This document shows positions 9,698 through 18,768 of a stretch of DNA of 64,000 nucleotides, in pieces; position 1 is the first letter of the stretch, and each line of letters starts with the position of its first letter. This DNA is from an uncultured bacterium (GTDB taxonomy: Bacteria > Patescibacteriota > Minisyncoccia > Phycocordibacterales > DATDWN01): contig CAIQCQ010000038.1 of assembly GCA_903870365.1 (NCBI GenBank), positions 7,478-71,477 of the forward strand, in the 5' to 3' direction. The notes under the pieces are model-generated. The model had not been told where the DNA came from and made no database searches. It saw nothing but the letters and a program-made list of their open reading frames with translations. Both the position numbers and the translations under genes were made by a program.

Positions 9698-11482
9698 ATG
9701 TCTTTTAGAAAAAATATCTTTCATAGAAAAAATTTTTCAAAAATCTTGTCAAGTTTTTTGATTATTGTACTACTCGTGCCGACAGTTTTTTTGGCTATTC
9801 CTGCAAAACAAGCTGATGCGATTTCTGGTATTGGTGATATCACGTTCGACCCTTCAAATTTTTTCCAAAACACCATCACTGCAATAGCAACCCCAGTCAG
9901 TGCAGGTGCCAACACAACCAGTGCAGTCCAACAAACATCTTTTAATCTGAAGGTCTTTCTCCTTGATGGTATCGCCACTGCTCTCGCTCGAGGTATCGTC
10001 CAGCAGATCACTGCTCAAGCCGTCAATTGGATCAATACAGGTTTTAATGGTAACCCAGCATTTATCACCGACCCAGGACAATTTTTCGAAAATATTGGCG
10101 ACAAAACTGTGGTCAATGCCCTTGGTAGTAGTGCGGGATCAGCTGGTGGTACACTCCTCCGACAGATCTGTAGTCCATTTCAACCTCAAATCCGGTTGGC
10201 CCTGGTCACTCAGTACCTTCAGGACAGTAACAATCAGATCGGCCAGTGCTCTATTCAACAAAGTATTAAAAATTATGATGCATTTACTCAAAACTTTGAA
10301 AATGGTGGTTGGGAAGGTTGGTTTTCTGTCACCCAAAACATGCAGAACAACCCATATGGGGCATATATTGAAGCACAAAACAGCCTAACACTCAGTATTC
10401 AAAACCAAAATCAGAAATACCAGGACCAATTGACCCAGGGTAAAGGATTTTTGTCATATGAAAAATGTACCAATACCACTGCAGCAGGAAACAACAACCA
10501 AGATTTTGCTGACTGTATAAATAGCGGTGAAGACGAGGCTTACTGTACTGAAACATATCCCACAACACCAGATACCAATAGTTGTAAAACCGTCACTCCT
10601 GGCAGTGTCATCAGTGACCAACTTGGTAAAGTCCTTGGTTCAACAGTCGACGAACTCAATCTCACTAACTCTATCAATCAAGTGGTCAGTGCCCTCATGA
10701 CACAAGGGATCAAGAGTATATTTGGTGGTATACAAGACGGTCTCCGTGGCCTCAGTGAATCTGGTCAAAACAACAATGCATCACTCGTTTCCCAACTCAT
10801 GGCAGGATCATCAGCCTCAAACACACAAAATAGTTCTACATTAGCAGGTATACAGAGTAATGTACCAACTTCACTCAGTGGTTTGACCAGTGGCAGTGCA
10901 GACACTAGTGGCTTTCTCCCAAGTATTGATGAAGCAGCTATTCAAAATGAAATTAAACAACAAGCGGCCGCTCTCCAGGCTCAGGCCACAGCCAGTGCAA
11001 ATGCAACAAGTACTGGTGTGGGTACAGTCAGTTCAAACACCGGCACCTGTACATATGTCACTGCAAAAAATGCACAAACCACCAGTACCACTATGTCACC
11101 TCCAGATTGTGCAAACGTTAATGGTACTTGGACACCAAACACCAGCACAACAAACAGTACAGGTGGCACTACATCGACCAGTGCATCCGTCTGTACTAAC
11201 ACCACCAACACTACACCGATCAATATCACCGGCATCCAGGGCTACAGTGCAGATACCAAAACATATACATCTACTATATATGCCAACAGTTACATGATTG
11301 TGTACGGTACTGGCTTTAACCCAGCCTGTGACACAGTGGCTGTGGGAAACACTGCATACACACCAACATATGTCAGTAGTACCCAACTCAATGTCCTGCT
11401 CGGGACAGCCACAGGTACAGTTGGTGTCCAAGTCTCATCTGCTTCGGCCAAATCAAATGCACTGCCGGTGACGATCCAGTAA
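9698..11482 (+). CDS. Large secreted or surface protein, Ser/Thr/Asn-rich, C-terminal IPT/TIG-like domain
   Basis: N-terminal TM/signal (ILSSFLIIVLLVPTVFLAIPA); C-terminus PINITGIQGYSADTK...YGTGFNPACDTVAVGNTAY...VQV resembles an IPT/TIG fold; first gene of the T4SS-like cluster. Confidence 0.45.
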   Translation: MSFRKNIFHRKNFSKILSSFLIIVLLVPTVFLAIPAKQADAISGIGDITFDPSNFFQNTITAIATPVSAGANTTSAVQQTSFNLKVFLLDGIATALARGIVQQITAQAVNWINTGFNGNPAFITDPGQFFENIGDKTVVNALGSSAGSAGGTLLRQICSPFQPQIRLALVTQYLQDSNNQIGQCSIQQSIKNYDAFTQNFENGGWEGWFSVTQNMQNNPYGAYIEAQNSLTLSIQNQNQKYQDQLTQGKGFLSYEKCTNTTAAGNNNQDFADCINSGEDEAYCTETYPTTPDTNSCKTVTPGSVISDQLGKVLGSTVDELNLTNSINQVVSALMTQGIKSIFGGIQDGLRGLSESGQNNNASLVSQLMAGSSASNTQNSSTLAGIQSNVPTSLSGLTSGSADTSGFLPSIDEAAIQNEIKQQAAALQAQATASANATSTGVGTVSSNTGTCTYVTAKNAQTTSTTMSPPDCANVNGTWTPNTSTTNSTGGTTSTSASVCTNTTNTTPINITGIQGYSADTKTYTSTIYANSYMIVYGTGFNPACDTVAVGNTAYTPTYVSSTQLNVLLGTATGTVGVQVSSASAKSNALPVTIQ

Positions 11483-11509
11483 ACGAACACCTCACCCACT
11501 CACAATATT

Positions 11510-13732
11510 ATGAAAAAGTTTATCACTAACATCACAAAAAAGTTTTCCTCCCCGCGCTTTTTGTCTGGGGTGTTGATGGTAGGGATGATGGTTGTTGTGT
11601 GTATGCCGATAGGTGTATATGCGGATCCATTGGGAACTTGTACTCTTGCGAGTGGCAACAATATGCCCAACCTCGTAACACTAACTGATTGTAATACTTT
11701 TCGTGCAGACGATATTAAAAATGGAAAAACTGGAGGTGGTTGGGTAGCAGATACAGGAGGAGCACAAGGTAATTCAGTCACCCCAGGAAATGCACCAAAA
11801 CCGTCATCATCAATAATACAGGATGTTGCAGAAGGTGCCATAAACACAATCATAGGTAACTTACTTATAGTGGTGATGGCTCTTATATCAGGACTTCTTG
11901 GTCTTGCAGGTCTTGTTTTGGACTATGTTATAAAACTAAGTGTTACAGATCTTGCAAGTAATATTAATAGTATTGCCGGTATCAATGTAGCATGGAGACT
12001 CATTCGTGATCTATGTAACATGTCTTTTATATTTATTCTCCTCTACTACGCCATCATGATGGTATTTGGACAAAAAGATGCGCGTAAAATCATTGTGCCC
12101 ATCATTATTGCCGCACTCCTCATTAATTTTAGTCTGTTTTTTACTAAAATAATTATTGATGCATCAAATATTATTACAGTGTCTTTTTATAATTCTATTT
12201 CTCAAGCAACAGGACCATCAATAGTTCTTGGAGTAAACAACACCAACACCTTTTCCGGGGCTTTTATGAAATCACTCAATCTAAGCAGTATATACTCTTC
12301 TAGTATAAAAGTTCCAGCAGGAAACTCTGGTGTATATATTACTCAAATTATCGGTAGTGCATTATTTATGCTAATTGCTTGTTTTATTTTTCTTGCAATG
12401 GCGGTTCTTTTTATCATTCGTTACCTCACATTTATTTTACTCCTTATCATGTCACCGTTCGGATATGTTGCTTCTGCTATTCCAGGATTAAACGGTCTTT
12501 CAAAAAAATATTGGGAGACACTCACAGGTCAAGCACTTTTTGCTCCGATATTTATGATTATGATTTGGATTACACTGACTTTGGCTAGTAGTTTTACAAT
12601 GGCAACGGGAACAAGTGCAGCAAGTCTTGGTGCTGCTTTTTCCAACCCATCATCAACCACAATCGGAACAATGGTAAATTTCATTTTACTTGCAGGACTA
12701 CTCATATATTCACTTATTATTTCAAAAAGCTATGCAACTCAGGGGGGAATTGTTAGTGGAAAAATAGTCGGGGCGGGAATGGGTATGGCTGGAGGGGCGT
12801 TGTTTGGAGGCGCTTCATACCTAGGCACACGTAGTTTTGGAAAACTTGGAACAATGGCGGCTAACAATGATAGCCTGCGAGAAGCTGCGAGTAAAAAAGG
12901 TGTTGCCGGATCCATGGCAAGACTTAGCCTTAAAACTGCTCAAACTGCACAATCATCGTCCTTTGATGCTCGAAATATATCCGGTTTTGGAAAAGCAACT
13001 GATTTTATAGGGGCTGGTAGTTTTGGTAAAAAGGGTAATGCTCCAAAAGGGTATAAGGGTGTGTTGGATGACAAACAAAAAGCTTACAACGAAGCGGATA
13101 AAAAACGTGCAGAGGGGCTAAAGGTGACTGACACAGTGGCTGATGAAGCAAAGAAAAAACTTGATAAAGAAAAAACACTTAAAGAAGAAAACGCCAAAAA
13201 CTTAGACAATGAAATTGATCTTAAGAAGAAACAAAATAATGATTTAACTCAAGAAATCACAAATCTAGAAAAAGATTTGAAAAAGGCCGTTACCCCAAGA
13301 AAAAGAGCCCGAAACAAAGGAGAAATTTATAGACTACAGACAGTTTTAGAAGACAAAAGATCTACAATTTCAGAATCAAGAGAAAAATTAGCTCAAATAG
13401 AGAAAAATAAAACAAACTTGGATACCGATTTCAATGCTCGTGAAGATATTAAAAAACTTATAAAAGATTCTGGTGGAGATAAAGATAAAAAAATATCAAG
13501 TACAAGTGACGATAGAATAAATTCATATGCTAATACTGTTGGTGATCAAAAAACACGAAATTTTGTCATATTTAATCCTGAATTTAATAAAGAAAGAGCA
13601 CGAAAGATACGTAAACTTGCAAAAACAAAATCAACAAAAGAAACACTTGAAGAGCTTCTCAAAGAAAATGGTGATATAAAAAAAGATGATAAAAAAGAAG
13701 AGACACCTGTAGCAGAACCAAAAACAACATAG
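11510..13732 (+). CDS. Polytopic membrane protein, VirB6/TrbL-like candidate, with long K/E-rich coiled-coil tail
   Basis: Signal peptide, at least 6 predicted TM segments between residues 110 and 420, C-terminal 300 aa of charged heptad-like repeats; call is from genomic context with VirB4, PrgI and pilin genes. Confidence 0.45.
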   Translation: MKKFITNITKKFSSPRFLSGVLMVGMMVVVCMPIGVYADPLGTCTLASGNNMPNLVTLTDCNTFRADDIKNGKTGGGWVADTGGAQGNSVTPGNAPKPSSSIIQDVAEGAINTIIGNLLIVVMALISGLLGLAGLVLDYVIKLSVTDLASNINSIAGINVAWRLIRDLCNMSFIFILLYYAIMMVFGQKDARKIIVPIIIAALLINFSLFFTKIIIDASNIITVSFYNSISQATGPSIVLGVNNTNTFSGAFMKSLNLSSIYSSSIKVPAGNSGVYITQIIGSALFMLIACFIFLAMAVLFIIRYLTFILLLIMSPFGYVASAIPGLNGLSKKYWETLTGQALFAPIFMIMIWITLTLASSFTMATGTSAASLGAAFSNPSSTTIGTMVNFILLAGLLIYSLIISKSYATQGGIVSGKIVGAGMGMAGGALFGGASYLGTRSFGKLGTMAANNDSLREAASKKGVAGSMARLSLKTAQTAQSSSFDARNISGFGKATDFIGAGSFGKKGNAPKGYKGVLDDKQKAYNEADKKRAEGLKVTDTVADEAKKKLDKEKTLKEENAKNLDNEIDLKKKQNNDLTQEITNLEKDLKKAVTPRKRARNKGEIYRLQTVLEDKRSTISESREKLAQIEKNKTNLDTDFNAREDIKKLIKDSGGDKDKKISSTSDDRINSYANTVGDQKTRNFVIFNPEFNKERARKIRKLAKTKSTKETLEELLKENGDIKKDDKKEETPVAEPKTT

Positions 13733-13734
13733 AC

Positions 13735-14592
13735 ATGGATGAATCAACACAAGAGATAAAAGAATATATCGATAAACTCCCAAAACCACTCCAACAAGCG
13801 GTGCTTGGACAGGACTGGCACAAACGATTAGCTGAGATTAGTCAGAAATATTCACTACACCTGGACCAGATTTCATCACTGGAATACGAAGTGTTGTTTG
13901 TCATGATTGGTATGGAACCAGAAACAGATTTGGTGTCCAACATTCAAACAGAATTGGCAGTATCAAAAATCCTCGCTGAACAACTGGCAGGGGATATTAA
14001 TGTGCGAATTTTTCAATTTATTATGAAGTCGTTGGAAGAAAAAACGCCAGAGAAAGTAGAAAGGTTTGTGGAGTCGAGTAACGAGATAAGAGATACAAAT
14101 AAGGAGAAAGAAAATATACAAATACCCGAACAAGAAGATTTACCATCATTTCCACCTGTGGTGAGTGTACCAGCATCAGTGACTATACCGAGTCCACAAG
14201 TCATTGCGGTACCACAACAAACTATTCAAAAGGAAATTATTCCTATGGCTATGGAGACTCCACATCAAAAAATTACTGAACCACCAGTGAATTTGCCGGG
14301 GGAGGAAATAGTAGATGGAATAAAGAATGACGAATTAAGAATTACGAATAATGGGGAGGAGAACAGAATCTCGAATCTAGAAGCTGGAATTAAGAATGAT
14401 GTTATTGAAAATACTGTTCCATTCGTAATTCGTAATTCTGACATCGTAATTCCACAAAAATCATCCCTCGCTGACACCAAACTCAACTCCATTGTTACCT
14501 CTACGAGTGAGACTGTGGTTAAAGAAACACCTGCTCCTACACCAATTGTAAAAAGTTATGCGAGTGATCCATATAGGGAAGCGATAGAATAA
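13735..14592 (+). CDS. Hypothetical protein carrying an in-frame heptamer-repeat segment
   Basis: No TM; residues NDELRITNNGEENRISNLEAGIKNDVIENTVPFVIRNSDIVIP are encoded by repeat family 3 (14317-14453). Confidence 0.4.
   Translation: MDESTQEIKEYIDKLPKPLQQAVLGQDWHKRLAEISQKYSLHLDQISSLEYEVLFVMIGMEPETDLVSNIQTELAVSKILAEQLAGDINVRIFQFIMKSLEEKTPEKVERFVESSNEIRDTNKEKENIQIPEQEDLPSFPPVVSVPASVTIPSPQVIAVPQQTIQKEIIPMAMETPHQKITEPPVNLPGEEIVDGIKNDELRITNNGEENRISNLEAGIKNDVIENTVPFVIRNSDIVIPQKSSLADTKLNSIVTSTSETVVKETPAPTPIVKSYASDPYREAIE
14317..14453. repeat. Heptamer-type palindromic repeat, family 3, in frame within CDS 13735..14592
   Basis: Left arm ggaataaagaatgacgaattaagaattacgaataatgg, right arm ccattcgtaattcgtaattctgacatcgtaattcc. 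Confidence 0.55.
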
Positions 14593-14716
14593 GGGAGTGA
14601 AGCTAGAATCTAGAAGATTGAAATACCTAGAATAGAGTAGGATGGATTCCGGATCCCTAGGTAGTAGAGTAAAACTCACTACGAGAAAAGCGAGTCTAGA
14701 ATGATGAAAAGATGCA

Positions 14717-15241
14717 ATGAAAAAAGAAATTCTGCCGATTCAAATTATTGAAAACAAAATATATATTATTCGTGGTCTAAAAGTTATGCTGGATAGTGAT
14801 TTGGCACATCTCTATATGGTCAAACCTATTGCATTACGACAACAAGTTAAAAGAAACAAAGAAAGGTTTCCTGGTGACTTTGTATTCCAACTGACAAAAG
14901 AAGAGGCTCACATCCTGGTATCACAAAATGTGATACCTAATAGTCGCTACTTTGGGGGATCATTACCCTATGCATTCACTGAACATGGAGTTGCCATGCT
15001 CTCTTCTGTACTTAAAAGTAAGCGGGCAATAGAAATCAACATTTTGATCATCCGTGCTTTTGTAAAAATTCGTGAAATGTTGTCTGTCCACAAAGATATT
15101 GTTTCAGCCATTGAAAAACTGCAGCGAGAACAGGCTGATCAAAAAGGGCATATAATAGCCATCGTACAAGCAATCAATAAACTACTTGCACCACCAAAAG
15201 AAAAGAGGAAGAATACAATTGGTTTTCGGACGAGAGAGTAG
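14717..15241 (+). CDS. ORF6N-domain (KilA-N/Rha-like) DNA-binding protein
   Basis: IENKIYIIRGLKVMLDSDLAHLYMVKPIALRQQVKRNKERFPGDFVFQLTKEE matches the ORF6N consensus. Confidence 0.6.
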   Translation: MKKEILPIQIIENKIYIIRGLKVMLDSDLAHLYMVKPIALRQQVKRNKERFPGDFVFQLTKEEAHILVSQNVIPNSRYFGGSLPYAFTEHGVAMLSSVLKSKRAIEINILIIRAFVKIREMLSVHKDIVSAIEKLQREQADQKGHIIAIVQAINKLLAPPKEKRKNTIGFRTRE

Positions 15242-15253
15242 TAACATATACCT

Positions 15254-15688
15254 ATGCGTTTTCAAGTTCCACAATTTATTGAAATAGAGGACAAAGTTAT
15301 TGGCCCACTAACCATCAAACAATTTGTTTACCTTGCTGGTGGTGCGGGCATGGCTTTTGTGGCATATACATTTCTCCCTGGATTTATCGCTCTGTTTGTT
15401 ATTGCGGGCATCATTGGTTTGGCTCTTGCTTTAGCTTTTTATAAAGTAAACAACAAACCATTCATTGATATGCTCGAGTCTGCGTTTGGTTTTTACACTG
15501 GAGAAAAACTATACATCTGGAAAAAAGTAGATAAAAAAATAATTCCAAAAGAACAAGCGACCGGACAAGAAGAACTTCGTGAGGTATACGTACCTCGTTT
15601 GTCAGATAGTAAATTAAAAGAATTGAGTTGGAGTTTAGATGTAAATGAAAATTTAGGAGGAGGGAAAGAGACAAGAGATAAGAGATAA
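15254..15688 (+). CDS. PrgI-family (VirB3-like) small membrane protein
   Basis: IEIEDKVIGPLTIKQFVYLAGGAGMAFVAY followed by a second TM helix; the last residues ETRDKR are encoded by repeat family 1. Confidence 0.5.
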   Translation: MRFQVPQFIEIEDKVIGPLTIKQFVYLAGGAGMAFVAYTFLPGFIALFVIAGIIGLALALAFYKVNNKPFIDMLESAFGFYTGEKLYIWKKVDKKIIPKEQATGQEELREVYVPRLSDSKLKELSWSLDVNENLGGGKETRDKR

Positions 15689-15760
15689 GAGATACGAACA
15701 AAAAATATCCTACTCATTTTTCTTATTTCATATCTCTTATCTCAAATCTCATATCTCTAT
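15665..15760. repeat. Heptamer-type palindromic repeat, family 1, no cargo
   Basis: Left arm gagacaagagataagagataagagatacg, right arm tcatatctcttatctcaaatctcatatctctat, about 30-nt loop. Confidence 0.6.
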
Positions 15761-15777
15761 GTTATAATTTACCCACC

Positions 15778-16425
15778 ATGGCCACTAGTGCTCCACAATC
15801 AAAAGCAACACAAGACTTTGTTCCCATCCAAGAAGTACGTGATGGCATCATCACCCTCAAAGACGGGTCTCTTCGTGCAATTCTCCTCGCTTCATCACTC
15901 AACTTTTCTCTCAAATCAGAAGACGAACGCAACGCGATCCTGTTTCAATTTCAAGATTTTCTCAACTCACTCGATTTTCCTGTCCAAATAGCTATCCAGT
16001 CACGTCGATTGGATATTCGACCATATATTGCACTACTCGAAGACCGCTACAAGGAGCAGGTCAATGACCTCATGAAGATACAAACTCAAGAGTACATTGA
16101 GTTCATCAAGAATTTTACTGAAAACACCAACATTATGACCAAAAGTTTTTTTGTTGTCGTACCATACACACCAGCTATTCTCAAAGGGGAGTCACTTACT
16201 AAATTTAATTTTCTTGGTAAACAAACCCAAAGCGAAAAAGCTTCACAAAAAACAGAAAGTTTCGAAGAAAACCGTACACAAATCGAGCAACGTCTCGGGG
16301 TTGTAGAACAAGGTCTCGTCAGCTCTGGTGTTCGTGTCGTCCGTCTTGGTACCGAAGAGGTGATCGAATTATTTTACAAGATTTTCAATCCTGGTGACAC
16401 CGAAAAACCTATCAAATTGAGCTAG
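15778..16425 (+). CDS. VirB4/TraE-family ATPase, N-terminal fragment (CagE_TrbE_VirB-like domain)
   Basis: PIQEVRDGIITLKDGSLRAILLASSLNFSLKSEDERNAILFQFQDFLNSLDFPVQIAIQSRRLDI matches the N-terminus of Gram-positive-type VirB4 proteins; the ORF stops at a 10-bp hairpin and continues as 16890..18695. Confidence 0.55.
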   Translation: MATSAPQSKATQDFVPIQEVRDGIITLKDGSLRAILLASSLNFSLKSEDERNAILFQFQDFLNSLDFPVQIAIQSRRLDIRPYIALLEDRYKEQVNDLMKIQTQEYIEFIKNFTENTNIMTKSFFVVVPYTPAILKGESLTKFNFLGKQTQSEKASQKTESFEENRTQIEQRLGVVEQGLVSSGVRVVRLGTEEVIELFYKIFNPGDTEKPIKLS

Positions 16426-16444
16426 TAAGTTCAATTTGATAGGT

Positions 16445-16868
16445 TATAGAGATAAGAGATTTGAGAAATGAGATATGAAAAATCCATCTGATGAAAAAGA
16501 AACAATTAAAAAATTTTCTGATTTATCTGCATGGCAAGAGGGCCACCGTCTTGTAATTCAGGTATACACCATAACAAAATTTTTTCCTAAAGAAGAATTA
16601 TTCGGAATTACAAACCAAATCAGAAGAGCTGTTGTTTCTATTACTTCAAATATTGCGGAGGGTTTTGGTAGAGGAACAAGTCAGGATAGAGTTCATTTTT
16701 ATATTATAGCAATCGGATCACTTAATGAGGTGCAGAATCAGTTGCTTATATCAAAAGATATCGGTTATTTAAATCACACAGAATGGAATGAATTAGAAAA
16801 ACAAGGTATCATTGTACACAAGATACTCAGTGGTTTGATTAGAAAATCCAAATCAAATCTCTTATCTC
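16445..16868 (+). mobile_element. Inverted-repeat-flanked cassette with a four-helix-bundle gene inserted in virB4
   Basis: GAGATAAGAGATTTGA at 16449-16464 and its perfect reverse complement TCAAATCTCTTATCTC at 16853-16868 bracket CDS 16475..16879. Confidence 0.5.
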
Positions 16869-16879
16869 AAATCTCATAA
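16475..16879 (+). CDS. Four-helix-bundle protein (23S rRNA intervening-sequence protein family)
   Basis: WQEGHRLVIQVYTITKFFPKEELFGITNQIRRAVVSITSNIAEGFGR...SLNEVQNQLLISKDIGYL is the family signature. Confidence 0.75.
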   Translation: MKNPSDEKETIKKFSDLSAWQEGHRLVIQVYTITKFFPKEELFGITNQIRRAVVSITSNIAEGFGRGTSQDRVHFYIIAIGSLNEVQNQLLISKDIGYLNHTEWNELEKQGIIVHKILSGLIRKSKSNLLSQIS

Positions 16880-16889
16880 CTCTATTCAC

Positions 16890-18695
16890 ATGTCCCTACT
16901 CGATTTTTTAAAAAAGAAAGAACCTCTCCAGATCACCTCTATCCTGCCACAGGAAATATACGAGGCGGGCGCTTTGGAGTTGGCTGATGTTATCGCTCCA
17001 TCAGCACTCAAAATCAGTCCAAAAGAACTCAACTTGGGTGAAAAAATCGTCCGATCGTTTTTTGTTATCTCATATCCACGATATCTCAATGAAAGTTGGT
17101 TTGCGCCGATCATTAATTTGGACAAAGTTTTTGATATTTCCATCTATATAGAGCCGATTGAAACAGCCGCTGCACTCAAATCCTTTCAGAAAAAAGTGGC
17201 CGAGGTGCAAAGTCAAATCATGACTCGAGAAGAAAAGGGTTTGGTCCGAAACCCCATGCTCGATACTGCATATCAAGACCTCGAGCAACTTCGTGACAAT
17301 CTCCAGCAAGCCCAGGAGAAGCTTTTTAATGTTGGAGTGTATATCACTATGTATGGCGACAAGACAGAGGAGCTCGACAAAATCGAATCTGAAATCAAAT
17401 CTATCCTCGAAGCCAAGCTCGTGTATGTCAAACCCGCTCTCTTTCAACAAGAGCAAGCCTTTAAAACTGTGATGCCTGTTGCGACCGATCTTCTTGGTGT
17501 CTATAGTAAACTTAATTCTTCACCCCTCTCATCACTCTTTCCTTTTATTTCTTTTGACCTGACTTCTGACAAAGGTATTTTGTACGGCGTCAACCGCCAC
17601 AACTCATCCCTCGTCCTCTTTGATCGTTTTTCTTTGGAAAACTATAACTCTATTACCTTTGCAAAGTCTGGTTCCGGAAAATCATACGCTACCAAGCTGG
17701 AAATCTTGCGAACCCTCATGTTTGATACCTCGGTCATGGTTCTCGACCCAGAAAATGAATATGAGTACATGGCTGAAGCTGTTGGTGGACGACATTTCAA
17801 TATCTCACTCAACTCTGAACACCACATCAACCCCTTTGACCTGCCAATACCGACAGAAGGTGAGTCCTTTGCCAATGTCTTACGATCAAACATCGTCAAC
17901 CTTGTTGGACTCTTTCGTATTATGATGGGAGGTCTCACGCCAGAAGAAGATGCGATCATTGACCGAGCTATCACTGAAACATATGCACTAAAAGACATAA
18001 CTGCTGATTCTGATTTTACCAACACCGAGCCACCACTCCTCTCTGATTTTGAATTGGTGCTCTCTGGTATGGAAGGGGGGGATTCACTGGCTCAACGATT
18101 GACAAAATACACCAAGGGTACTTGGGCTGGTTTTATCAACCGTCCCACAAACATCGACATCAACAAAAAGTTTGTAATTTTTTCTATCCGTGACATGGAA
18201 GACGAGCTCAAGCCGATCGCTATGTATATCATCATGCATTATATCTGGGCAGCTATCCGACGTGACTTGAAAAAACGTCTCCTCGTCATTGATGAAGCCT
18301 GGTGGATGATGAAATCAGAGGACACCGCATCATTCCTCTTGTCACTCGCAAAACGGGGCCGAAAATACTACCTTGGTGTAGCTACTATTACCCAAGACGT
18401 GGATGACTTTTTGAAGTCACCGTACGGTCTACCGATCATCACCAACTCATCTATCCAAGTCTTACTCAAACAATCACCATCATCTGTCGACAAACTACAG
18501 CAAACATTTAACCTGACAGACGAAGAAAAATATTTACTCCTCGAATCAGCTGTGGGGGAGGGTATATTCTTTGCTGGTCTCAAACATGTGGCAATCAAGA
18601 TTATTGCCAGCTACACCGAAGATCAGATCATCACCTCTGATCCAAGCCAGATTTTGGCAATCAAGAAAGCGAAGATGGGATTGGCTAAGAGTTAA
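16890..18695 (+). CDS. VirB4/TraE-family T4SS ATPase, C-terminal part with ATPase domain
   Basis: Walker A FAKSGSGKSYATK, Walker B RLLVIDEAWWMM, ITQDVDDF; its N-terminal 200 aa (IAPSALKISPKELNLGEKIVRSFFVISYPRYL) match the second half of the VirB4 N-domain. Confidence 0.85.
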   Translation: MSLLDFLKKKEPLQITSILPQEIYEAGALELADVIAPSALKISPKELNLGEKIVRSFFVISYPRYLNESWFAPIINLDKVFDISIYIEPIETAAALKSFQKKVAEVQSQIMTREEKGLVRNPMLDTAYQDLEQLRDNLQQAQEKLFNVGVYITMYGDKTEELDKIESEIKSILEAKLVYVKPALFQQEQAFKTVMPVATDLLGVYSKLNSSPLSSLFPFISFDLTSDKGILYGVNRHNSSLVLFDRFSLENYNSITFAKSGSGKSYATKLEILRTLMFDTSVMVLDPENEYEYMAEAVGGRHFNISLNSEHHINPFDLPIPTEGESFANVLRSNIVNLVGLFRIMMGGLTPEEDAIIDRAITETYALKDITADSDFTNTEPPLLSDFELVLSGMEGGDSLAQRLTKYTKGTWAGFINRPTNIDINKKFVIFSIRDMEDELKPIAMYIIMHYIWAAIRRDLKKRLLVIDEAWWMMKSEDTASFLLSLAKRGRKYYLGVATITQDVDDFLKSPYGLPIITNSSIQVLLKQSPSSVDKLQQTFNLTDEEKYLLLESAVGEGIFFAGLKHVAIKIIASYTEDQIITSDPSQILAIKKAKMGLAKS

Positions 18696-18765
18696 GAGAT
18701 GTGAGACCTGAGAAACGATAGACATCATATATTTTTCTCTTTTCTCTTTTCTCATATCTCTATTC
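18690..18765. repeat. Heptamer-type repeat, family 1, degenerate copy
   Basis: gttaagagatgtgagacctgagaaacgatag ... ttctcttttctcttttctcatatctctattc. Confidence 0.45.
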
Positions 18766-18768
18766 AAC

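Noticed and set aside
15665-15760. CRISPR array
   Set aside because: Repeats are 7-nt tandem units in inverted orientation without regular repeat-spacer periodicity of 28-37 bp, and no cas genes are present.
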